Source: Salisapilia sapeloensis CBS 127946 (Eukaryota; Protista; Oomycota). Taken from it: 63,321 nt of DNA. How positions within the stretch are numbered: position 1 is the first letter of the stretch; each line of letters opens with the position of its first letter. Both the position numbers and the translations under genes were made by a program. The notes below the pieces were generated by a model, which was not told the DNA's origin, ran no database searches, and was given only the letters and a program-made list of their open reading frames with translations. Below, piece after piece: positions 45,146-55,623 of this stretch. Location of the stretch: contig JAADVB010000092.1 in the NCBI GenBank assembly GCA_023334545.1, positions 1 to 63,321 on the forward strand, read 5' to 3'.

Positions 45146-45739
45146 TTACTCGAGGAGCTACGACATAAAAGTTAGTTACACGAGGTAGAAAGCATGCGAA
45201 AGAAAGGTACAGCTTGGGACACGTCGAGCCACTGGGGCAAGGCAGTCGGAAGCGCATGGGTGCTCGTAGCAGAGGACGGATCAGCGGGAACGTGCCTAGA
45301 AAATGGTGTTAAAAGCATATTTGGATAGATTTTTAGTAGGCTTGTACCATGATAGGAATTGGTCAAAATGCTCCTCGATTTCCCACATGCGACCGCCTTC
45401 ATCGATGCTGCCAGCGTCCTCAACAACGAGTCCTATAGCATAGGGATGATAAATACCAAGTCATATAGAGTAGGTGCGTATGCTTTGGAGATCGCAACTA
45501 GCGTATGTACCTGTCATGCCGAGAGAGGACAGGGACATGGATGTACCACGCAGTTCCACGCCACGGAATTGAGCTCGATACGTATTGCTCTCGCTGTCAT
45601 GCTGTACATGAAAGTAGCTCTTCACTGGAGCATTGCCGTCAAAGTCGATGCGACATGGCATAGCGTGCACATTGCCATCTTGTGGCATCGGAAGCGGACA
45701 TCTCGTCGCACAAATGCGTGCTGCAGATTTATCCGTCAT
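45146..45739 (-). CDS. RNASEH2C: Ribonuclease H2 subunit C, multi-exon (3' end uncertain, 45146 or 45172)
   Basis: HAMPCRIDFDGNAPVKSYF, AQFRGVELRG, F..F.SW|H, QWLDVSQA. Confidence 0.8.
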
Positions 45740-46127
45740 GCCTGCTCCTATCGGTCAAAATGTCTTTCGCGCCAAAATTCCGTATTTCGGATTGGTGTAA
45801 AATATGGAAATATGCAGCTCTATTGGACAAAAATGCTTTGGACATCAAAATAGCATTTTGATCCACTTCAAGTAGAAATCGTCTACTTTCAGACATAAGA
45901 CGATGGATTTATTTGAGCGTAATGGGCATGACTGCTTTTATCACCATCCCACTGATATTTGGTAACTATATTAACTTGAATAACTGCTAAACGCTCATCC
46001 AAGCTTCCACGTAGTAAATACTGACTGGGAGCCACACCATTCATAAATGCAATTGTACCAAGAGGTATAAGTTGCGCATGTAAGAAACGAGGTTGACAAG
46101 AAGAAATGATTGAACATTTTTAACCGT

Positions 46128-48400
46128 TCATGCTTTCCCGTTCGAATTATCCAGCAGAGCCACACGACCTTGACGCATGAGGAAGCGAAACTCGTTATAG
46201 TCGATCTTGCCGTCGCCATCACAATCAGCACTCTTCATCATTTGCAGCACTTCTTCCTTCCTTACAGCCTGTTGCCCCAGCAAATGAAGTGTATGCTCCA
46301 GCTCTTGAGTCGTGATAAACCCATCATGGTTGACATCAAACAGCTATTTGCAAACATAAATACCCGAGCGTCATCGCAATACCCATCAAACATACATGAA
46401 ACGCCGACTGCACATCATCTTCCGTCAACTCCCCACGCTGGAACAAGCGCTGGTTCATGAGCGTCACAAACTCATCAAACGTAATCTTCCCGTTCCCATC
46501 CGCATCTCCCTCTCTCATAATGGCATCCAGTTGATCACTACTATGTCATTAATACCACCATCTACACTTCTCATCAACATTATTCACCTCGTCAGGTGTT
46601 GCCCCAAAGCTTTCATCACTCCATCCAGCTCATTTCGATCAATCCCTCCAGACCCGTCGCGATCAAAGAGTCCAAACGCTTGGCGGAACATGTACATATT
46701 CACTTTCGAGGCCGTTTCGGTATCTGGCGCTACCTCTGTGTCTTGTTTGTTGGAAGTAAGTTTCCGACCAAGCTTCAAGTGCTGGACGCCCATGACCACA
46801 GCCAAGACGTTGGCTCTCAGCTGCTGAAGACGTTTATAGGCTTGAATACGCTGCGGGAGACCACTCGGCAGTGGAAGTGTTGATGGCGTCTGTCCTTTGA
46901 GCCACGGATGCTGCAACGCTTGCTTCGCTGTCAACCGAGTGTTGGTGTCTCGGTCCAGGAGATGCGACAGGAAGCGTTTAGCATCACTGGAAAGCTCCTT
47001 GTACCAATCGTTCTCCTCTACAACGACTCAGTATCCACTGGTACATCAATAGGGATGCTAAATACCGTCGTAGGTTCCCTCTGCAATGTACTTGATGATC
47101 TCTGCATCCGATCGATCTCCATTCGGATCAAACGGATGGACACCGGTCAATGCAATGTAAGACTAGGATGCTACAAGTGAGTGTGTAGAAGGTATGCTTG
47201 TCATGAAGAGTGCATACCAAGACACCAAAAGCCCACATGTCGACACCAAAATCCTGTGGCTCCCGTTTGATGATCTCAGGTGCCCAGTACGCTCTAGTTG
47301 CAACATCACTACCTATTAAAGAGACAATCTGGACTATTATCTTACGTCGTGCCCATCGGATGCTCTTCTATATGACTTTCGCCCTGTTGATGACGGCGAC
47401 TGAGGCCAAAGTCCTAATTCGAAGGCGTAAGGAAGGAAAGGAGTCGAGAGCATGGATAAAGTGTACAGCAATCTTGATCATGGCATCCGAAGACATCTTG
47501 GACAAGAGCATGTTTTCTGGCTTGATGTCACGATGGCTAAGCATGCCATTGTATTAGCTGGTAGATACTTGTGTATAGACAAGAGAGAGCGCACCAAACT
47601 TCCCGAGAGTGGATGTAGGCGAGACCTGTACAAATGTCACGAAGGAATCTGCTTGCATCCAACTCGGTCATCGATCCCTAAAATTAATTAGACCTAGGTT
47701 GGATGGGTGTCTGGTAGGATATGACGCGTACCATATCGACAATGTAGTCGAAGAGCTCGCCACCTTCCACAAGATCCAGCATCATGATCGTCTCATCCTC
47801 ATCCTCAATCACGTCATGCATGCCAACGATATTCTTGTGCTCTCCCAAGTACTTTAGCATTTCGATCTGATAAAGTGTTAGAAAAGAAGTCATGTAGCTT
47901 GTCAAAAGCACTTGTACCTCATCTTGGATGGATTCAGCAGTACATAGCTTTGGGTTGAATATTTTGGCTGCTAGAAGCTATACTCCATATACGTACGGTC
48001 AATTGACGTAGGAGAAACAATGAGTGGTAACCTACTTGATCTGTATCGGTGTCCAATGCCAGTCGCACCGTAGCAAATCCTAAGGGTATCCAATGACTTG
48101 ATGTTCGACCACTATCTATACGAGCGACTTACCTCCTTTTCCTAATTCCTTAAGCAGTATATACTTCCCCCTCCGTTCCGACGCAGTCTTATTCTCCAAT
48201 TCCGTACGCTCACTGCCGATTGCGAGGAAGCAGCCTGCCAGTAGGACAGTAGACCAAACTTCCATCTCCGTCTGCTTCCCACTGCCATTTTTGACTCCTA
48301 TCGACAAGTACGACCCCCTCCATTGACCACCATAATATCGGCACCTCGACAATGCATTTCTATGCTTGACCCTCGTCAGAGCGTACCTCGCTGCCTTCAT
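46128..48400 (-). CDS. Calcium-dependent protein kinase (kinase + 4 EF hands), intron-rich, with an N-terminal targeting-like extension
   Basis: LGKG, GGELFDYIV, HRDIKPEN, ALQHPW; EF loops DRDGSGGIDRNE, DADGNGKITFDE, DVNHDGFITTQE, DCDGDGKIDYNE; not all intron boundaries resolved. Confidence 0.88.
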
Positions 48401-48527
48401 CCTCGCGTTCTCGCGTGTTCCGTGATGTTGAAGTTCATGTCATAGATGTGCCATATTTGTACCAATACATATCACCTGCGTTTCGCATAGCAAAAGAAGG
48501 AAGTGGACAAAGTAGTTCGAGGACAGG

Positions 48528-49734
48528 ATGAGTATCAACCGGAATATCGGTCAGCCTATGGGCAAAATCGTCATGACGAACATTGCTGTCGTCCGTATGC
48601 GCAAGGCTGGTAAGCGATTTGAAGTTGCAGCGTACAAGAACAAAGTCTTGAATTGGCGCAATGGCGTCGAGACGGACTTGGATGAAGTTTTACAGATCGC
48701 CAAAGTCTATGAAAATGTTTCCAAGGTATACTCCGTTGCTTATACTTGAACAACTAAATCATCAGGTGTATAACGTGCATCTATGTAGGGTAAATTCGCG
48801 AAAAAGCAGGACTGGTCGAAAGCTTTTGGCATGGATGATGAAGAAGAAGTGTGCAAAGTCATTTTAAATAGTGGCGAGCTCCAAGTGTCGGAAGGGGAGC
48901 GCAAGGCACAAGTCGAAAAGTACCTCTTTCTACGACTTCATACTATTCTTCTACTAACTAGTAAGTAGTACCTATCGAGACATTGCCAGTATAGTAGCAG
49001 ACAAGTGTGTCAACCCAACTTCGAATCGGCCGTACCCAGTACGACATATCTATACACATCCTCACTTCAAGTACTCATATCTCGTCTAGGCAAGTGTCAT
49101 TGAGCGTCTGATGAAAGAGATTCACTTTGGCGTCGTTCCGAATCGTAGTGCCAAGCAGCAAGCGTTGGAAGTCATCAAGCGCCTCGAGTCGCACGTTCCG
49201 ATCGCTCGTGCCAAGATGAAAGTCCAGATCTCGGCTCCGCTGTCCGCCGGAAGTGCAATTAAAGAAGGTTTGCACAAGGAACACGCCGAGGTCGTGGAGG
49301 AAGACTGGAGCGATCCTCTTCGCTTCGTCGTCCTCATCACGCCAGGCACGTACCGCAACGTCGATGCGCTCGTCCAACAGCACGGAGCTGGCAATGGATC
49401 GTTGGAAGTGATCGACTTGAGTGTCCACAAGGAAGGTGAGCACAGTATTGACGCCGAGTTGACGCGAAAAACAGAGCAACTGCAGGTAGAGGACAAGAGT
49501 GAGGTCCAACAGACGCCAGTTGCGCCTGAGGCAAAGCAAAAGAGCGACAAGAAGAAGTGTAGCACGTGTGGAGGCGCGTTTGACGACGTCCAGGCATATC
49601 GGGAACACTTCCGATCGCAATGGCATCGATACAATTTGAAACTAAAGTCTAGTGGTCAGACGCCTGTGAACGAAGAGACCTTCAACGCTTTGTCCAAGGA
49701 AGAGATGGAGCAAGTGTTCAAGCAAATGAGTTAG
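48528..49734 (+). CDS. SBDS: SBDS/Sdo1 ribosome maturation factor with a C-terminal C2H2 finger, 4 exons
   Basis: [41 protein letters not shown]...[11 protein letters not shown]. Confidence 0.95.
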
Positions 49735-49749
49735 TCCATCTTCGCTCTC

Positions 49750-50877
49750 TTACGCTGCTGCACCCGCTCGGTTCTGTGTGAGAGGCACGAACACCTTTGG
49801 ACGTTCAAAAACACGTAGAGCACTTTCAATCTCTCGCAATTTTGTCTCCAACGCCTCTTTCTTCTTTTCCGTACGCACAGATCGAGCACTGATCGGCATG
49901 TGGTTCAATCGATCTCGCGTCTCGTTTAACGACGTATGCAAGACCGAGACTGTTCGCTGCCTTTCGTCTTCTTCCAGTCGCTTCATACCCTTTGGACACT
50001 CTGGGTCCGGGAGATTCTGCTGTCGCTCTTCCTCTTCTTTCGCCCATGCTTCCTTCCGTTTGATCAAGTACTCTGGTACACGCCCAAAGTTCGAATGGTA
50101 ACTCGATGTAGAGGATATGTCGGACTTTGGAGGAGAGTGACGGATGACGTCCCATGCGTTAACACTTATGTAGTCCTTCTTCTCCTTCAGATGCTTCATA
50201 TCGATTGTTGTTAGTCCTGTATTTCGATCGGATGTACGCTAGGGACGTACCATGCTTTCCAGGCGTTTGCGGTTGCGTTCCGAGAGTTCATCGACGGATG
50301 GAACGCGGGCTTTTGTATGCGGCTTGTGGACAGGAGGAGGGTATGGTGGCATACGAGGCTTTGTAGTACGCGCAGTAGGTGGAGGATCTGAAACGAGTTC
50401 ACTCCGTTTCAAAAACGATTTCTTTTCATCAGGAGACCATCCGTCCTACGTTACTCCTTAGTCGAGAGGCTACATGTATACGATGAAAAACTTATCGTAC
50501 ATCACTTTGAAGCTTTGGCTGGACACGTTTGAATCGAGTGAGCTTGAAACTCTCCGGTAGTGGCGCTTCCTAGCACATCTTTTTATAATGACATGTACCT
50601 GGCGTGAGTATTATACGACGTACATCCAATTGCCGCTGCTCTCGATTCTTCGCTTGTAGTTTCTTCACGTACATCTTGTTCAGCTTTTCAAAATCCTTCA
50701 CAGGCACTCCTTTGCGTCGCTGGCGTTGTCTAATGATACATAGTTCATCAATATGATTGATAAAGATACTCCATATAGCAGTACACTCTACCTATTATTC
50801 TCCTGTGGACGTAATAGAGCTGCGACTGCATCGGAAGCATTCGGATCGCGTCGACGATACCCTTGACGAGCGCTCAT
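49750..50877 (-). CDS. ENKD1: Enkurin-domain protein (ENKD1-like), multi-exon
   Basis: FGRVPEYL, PDPECPKGMKRLEEDER, LETKLREIESALRVFERPKVFV; upstream exons start MSARQGYRRRDP at 50877. Confidence 0.78.
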
Positions 50878-50985
50878 ACCCGATAATGGCACCCTCCTTA
50901 GCCCGCACCTCGAAACGACCGCCCAAAATGCCCACTACTGACATTCAGCATACAAATGCCAAGTCATTTCAACGTCATTTGTAAT

Positions 50986-52009
50986 ATGGCTGTCTCCTGC
51001 CAGCTTAAGTACTTGCTCCTGACCTTCTTCCTACTCTGCATCACCATCACGCGTGTGGTTAGCATGCCCAGTTCCAATGCTTGCAGTGCCTGCCGCTATA
51101 AAGCCCATAATTGCTCGAATAATGCCACTGAAGCAAGCATTCACGTGTGTGATGACCAAGGACATATCCAGATCGACGATGTCTTTTGTGACGGCAGCTC
51201 ATGCAAATGCACTGGAGACAAATTGTGTGCTAGTCTTATAGTTGGCTGCCAGGATTCTTTCCAGGCACGCAGTCGACGTCGCTGCCTTAGCACGTCGACT
51301 CTCCACTCTCGATTCCAGAGCTGCGCCTCGGCTTTCACAAGTACGTTCCTTGCTTGTAATCCGTCTAAACGATATCGTCACGTGTACTCCTATAGGCCTC
51401 ACAGACTCGAATCTACAGGATGACTGGGTCCACTTTAAAGAAAACGACAAGTGTGTTTCAGACGACTGCCAAGCCGTCCAACAGTTCGACCGGTGCAGTG
51501 TCGTACAATGCGGCACGATCGCCGTTGCTTGGAAAGAGAGCGATGCGTACCATTTCATTGTGCAAGGTACACGACGCAATGATCTGGCGACTGGAACGTT
51601 CCATTACAAGGTCCAGTACGATCCTGCTGGCTACGTCCGATGTGAATCAGCTGATAGTGATAGCATCTCGCCTTGCTTCTCCATGCAAACGCAAAACCAA
51701 AAGGATGGCGTGTGTGATAGTGTCTATTTAGAACTCGATACGACGCTAAAGCTATCAAACAGCAACGACTACAAGCTGTCAAAGCTCAGTTGGCCCGTTT
51801 GGAACTTGGTCGTTGGATGCGCTGGTGTCGCAGCAGTCGTCGTCCTCCTTGTCGCTTTCGTCTACTACAAGCACCGGAAGATTGACCAAGATGAGAGTCA
51901 GGATGCACTTCTAGATGACGACTGTGACAAGCAAAGCAAACAAACGGACGATATGGATAGTCCACAAGTGGCCGCCTACCAGCGTCGAACGCATTCATCC
52001 ACTTCTTAA
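50986..52009 (+). CDS. Cys-rich type I membrane protein of unknown family, 2 exons
   Basis: Signal peptide, 18-Cys ectodomain, intron 51341-51395 joining the two ORFs in frame, TM helix LVVGCAGVAAVVVLLVAFVYY, acidic tail. Confidence 0.8.
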
Positions 52010-52032
52010 CTTTTTGCGTTTTCAATCGAGCT

Positions 52033-53861
52033 TTACACGCTTTTTGCCATTCTATTCTGCATTCTTCTCCATAATCTCCAGCATCCCCTACAATAGATGT
52101 GAGTAGACGTAGATGATCGAGTATAAGAGCAAACTACCTGTACGACCGGGTCTTGTAGATCCAATTGACTCATGTGCGCCCGTATACCTTCACAGACCAG
52201 ACGTGTGAGCACCTGGTCTCTTTCAATTATCAGTCGAAATAGTTCCAAGCATCGCATCTCACTTCCACGTGACTCTGGATAATCCTCCTGACCGACATAT
52301 TCCAAAAGCTCTCCTAGTACATTCAATGTCTAGAATGGACATCAGGCTATGTCGTTGCGTCTACGACAAGCAAACGTACCTTGCATCGCTCCAGCATCAC
52401 AGCCTTCTTGTACCGAAGTCTTGCCAACTGCATCTCCTCTTCCGATCGATACAATGGTAATGTAGTGTTATTGGCCATGGCAGTCGTGAGCATAACCTCT
52501 TTCAGCTTCTCTCCTTCTGCCGCTTTCAACGCTATCGCCTAATCAGCTAAGGCACTACTACCAAGTAGACAGATACTCTACCAAGACTCGAGTCCAATTG
52601 GGCATTTGCATTCTTCTGCATTCGCGCAAAGTCTCCTCGCATACGAAAGAAGGAGAGCTTCTTGCTCCGAACGCGTCGTGCCATCCTACATGAAAGATTG
52701 TGAACTGCTAATACACATCGACAGCTTACTAGTAACCTTACTTTCTTCGCAACGCTCTCGCTGTCGCTTTTTCAATTGAAAACCCTGCTTCGAGACTCGA
52801 ATCTCCTCTTTGGAGCCTGCTATCAGTATCGGCGCAACAGTACTCACTTGAAGCGATCTTGACTTCGCGACAACCGCGAGAGTCTAATGTGTAGCACACA
52901 CCGCGAGGTGTGTTGTCTTCCGTCGATCGGATGGGGGCATAGTGTGCCGTCATTTGACTTGGCAAGCACTTTCCACTACTTCCATTGACAGAGTCATCAC
53001 GATCGTCAAAGAATTTAAGAGCTGGTACCTCTCGGACAATCCGTTTACTGATGATAGATACGATTGCGGATGCTTCTGCTGGTAGCTCACAAGCCCCTAC
53101 CTTGCCGTTATGTTGATTGATTCGATTAAAAGCTTCAGTTTTAATGCTTTGCTTCCGACTACGCCACATGCGTAGAAACTTCCGAAAGGTTTCCTTCGCT
53201 TTCTCCATTTCCGTTGGCCCATGTATCATTTCCACCTCTTTCATCTTCTCGCGAGGTAACTTCTTTGCGATAGCTGCAGCTGATCGAGACGCAGAGCGTA
53301 GTTTAGCGACGTTCCTTATAGCATTTGCATTGGATGTGACATCTCGACGACGTTTCCACATAGATGAACGGGAGATGGCATCGAGTTTATCTGCCAACGT
53401 CGCTTTGCCTCGAAATTTCGAGGCGAAGAGAGAACTACCCTGATCCATTGCGTGAATACTATTCATCAGCATCTGCTGACGTTGGGAATTTGATCGTTTC
53501 GTTGCATGCGTGGAAGTCTGGGGCGGACGTCTTTGGTATTGCATGGACAATTGCCTCGCGTGATGCACCCTCGCCTTGGGTCCAAAGACAGCCGCCAATG
53601 GTGGTTGCGCAGGCCGTTGAGGGATGATCTGTACGCTGTTTGAAAGAGCGACGGCATCATCGTGCTGGTTACTTGTTCGAGTTCGTCTCGCCGAGTGCAC
53701 GTATCTACAATTGACAGATAAGTCTTCAAGTTACCAATCGTCTATGTGCACTTTCGTCGCGACGTTACGGACTTGGCTTTCTCCAATCGGCGTTCCGAAG
53801 CGCGCAGGTAGCTTTTGATCACCTCGCCAGGGTCTGACACGCCTTGTGCACCAGCTGGCAT
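52033..53861 (-). CDS. Hypothetical multi-exon basic protein; 3' exon structure unresolved (may be two genes)
   Basis: ATG at 53861 splices into the 320-codon ORF; further coding-like segments lie at 52347-52529 and 52140-52270. Confidence 0.5.
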
Positions 53862-54250
53862 TGGGCAGTCGTGCACCAGCACCGTGGGACGTCACTTGTC
53901 GCCACAAATCTTAAAATAGCAAGTACAAACGCAGCACTGCACATCTTATCTTAAAATACAGAAACCTTTCTATTCGACGTTTACTCTAGTTCTACGAGTT
54001 ACTGGGCGCAATATACATGCGAAATGTCGGTTGCAAGTAGATCTGATATGGAGATCATGCCGCTTGGATCGGTCAAGCGTGGTGTATAAAGTGAGTTCGA
54101 AAGGCCAGTTCGGTGTGTCCCAGAAAATTAATGTACGTCACTCCATCCGACTTCAAAGACCCAGACTAATTTTTATACGTCGGCAGAAAAGAACCATTTC
54201 ATCATCTCTGCCTTGCGCCCACCAGACTGTTCTTAGACGACAAGTCGTGC

Positions 54251-55393
54251 ATGCAGACGGAGACGAGAATGACGAGTATGGATACGACGGACATGCAAGC
54301 AGACACTTCGTATGCGCACGAAAATGCCCATGAACCGACGCTGGCAGGCGGTCAAGTCACACATACCAGCAGGTTCGATGGAAGCACGGATGTCGTTGAA
54401 GACCTCGACGACGAGGATGACGACGAGAACGAACTACAGTCATACTTGATCAAACCCATGTCTTCCCAACTAGCCGTTTGTCCCGTGGACGACATTGGCG
54501 TGGAAGAGGAAAAGCGCCGAAGACGAGTGCAGCCGAACAATTCTTTACACCACAGCAGCTCTTATAACGATGTTAGCAGCCTATCTCAGTCCTTCCCAGG
54601 CAGCACACTATCTAGACAGTCCATAGTGGGGCCTCGGTCTCCGCCAGGTCCTGCCACGGATGCCATTCAGGGTAATGCGAACGGTCTTTCGACGCCTGCT
54701 CCGAAAGGACGAGACATCACCGCGCTCCGGCATCAATACTGGAGTCAATTGGGCTTCAACCTGTCTCGAAGCGATGTCGAGCGGTCTACACGACACCGAC
54801 GTGAGCGTCGACAAGGATATATGGCAAAGTTGAACGATTTGGAGGACGAAAAGGGACCTTGGGGGTTCTCCAAGTTGTTCTCTAGCTGGTACAAAGCACC
54901 ATCGGATGAGGACGCGGCCGAACCAAAGGATGAGCATAGTGACACGAGTACAAGCACCCACAGTAGTGAAGCGAGTACTTCGAAAAAGAGTGTTCGGTTC
55001 CATGATGAAGCCGAGATGTTTTTCATTCCGATGGCGAAAGAGTATTCTCGTCGCCAACGATCGTATCTGTGGCCTACTCGAGAGGAATTTATCACCATGG
55101 TAGAGCGTAATCTAGACGCAGTGTATGACGAGATGGAGCGCGAGTATGAGGAACAATTGCGTGCAGAGGAGTTAGAAAAAGCAGCCATGGAAGAAGAAGA
55201 GATGCGGCAACGACAAGTGGAAGCTGCTGCAAGGCACGTGCAGATGCAACGCAACTTGGTCAATACCAAGGAAAGCGTCCCGACCTTAGCGTTGAATCCG
55301 CAGCATACACAAGTGAAGCTAACACCTCGAGCACGTACTTCCCATGACCTTCGATTTAAGTACCTCAAGCATCTAGGTATAAAGAACCAGTAG
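54251..55393 (+). CDS. Disordered protein with an RVxF-type motif (KKSVRF) and a coiled-coil C-terminus
   Basis: 380-aa ATG-initiated ORF; KKSVRFHDEAEMFFIP...LW...RN segment. Confidence 0.75.
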   Translation: MQTETRMTSMDTTDMQADTSYAHENAHEPTLAGGQVTHTSRFDGSTDVVEDLDDEDDDENELQSYLIKPMSSQLAVCPVDDIGVEEEKRRRRVQPNNSLHHSSSYNDVSSLSQSFPGSTLSRQSIVGPRSPPGPATDAIQGNANGLSTPAPKGRDITALRHQYWSQLGFNLSRSDVERSTRHRRERRQGYMAKLNDLEDEKGPWGFSKLFSSWYKAPSDEDAAEPKDEHSDTSTSTHSSEASTSKKSVRFHDEAEMFFIPMAKEYSRRQRSYLWPTREEFITMVERNLDAVYDEMEREYEEQLRAEELEKAAMEEEEMRQRQVEAAARHVQMQRNLVNTKESVPTLALNPQHTQVKLTPRARTSHDLRFKYLKHLGIKNQ

Positions 55394-55623
55394 CCGGGAT
55401 AGAGCTATATATTGTCATAAATACAACATCAAGTGGGTCCGACCAGATGATTGGTTGAAACTCTTTCTTTTGGACAAGTGGAGATACGATCTTGGACGTC
55501 CTGATCGATCGACCGCCGACCTCTGCCGCTCGTCTCTGCTGTCCATGGAACCATTGGCGTCCCAATCTAGTCCACGTATATCTCTCTTGACCACGCTCAC
55601 TACATAGTATACTCACGGAAGCG

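Noticed and set aside
49555-49650. Zinc finger appended to SBDS as a novel fusion
   Set aside because: C-terminal C2H2 fingers are already known on plant and protist SBDS proteins.
51242-51423. Apparent frameshift or overlap between two ORFs suggesting a pseudogene or recoding
   Set aside because: Resolved by a canonical 55-nt intron (51341-51395); the other split ORFs are likewise explained by introns, so no stop read-through or alternative code is needed.
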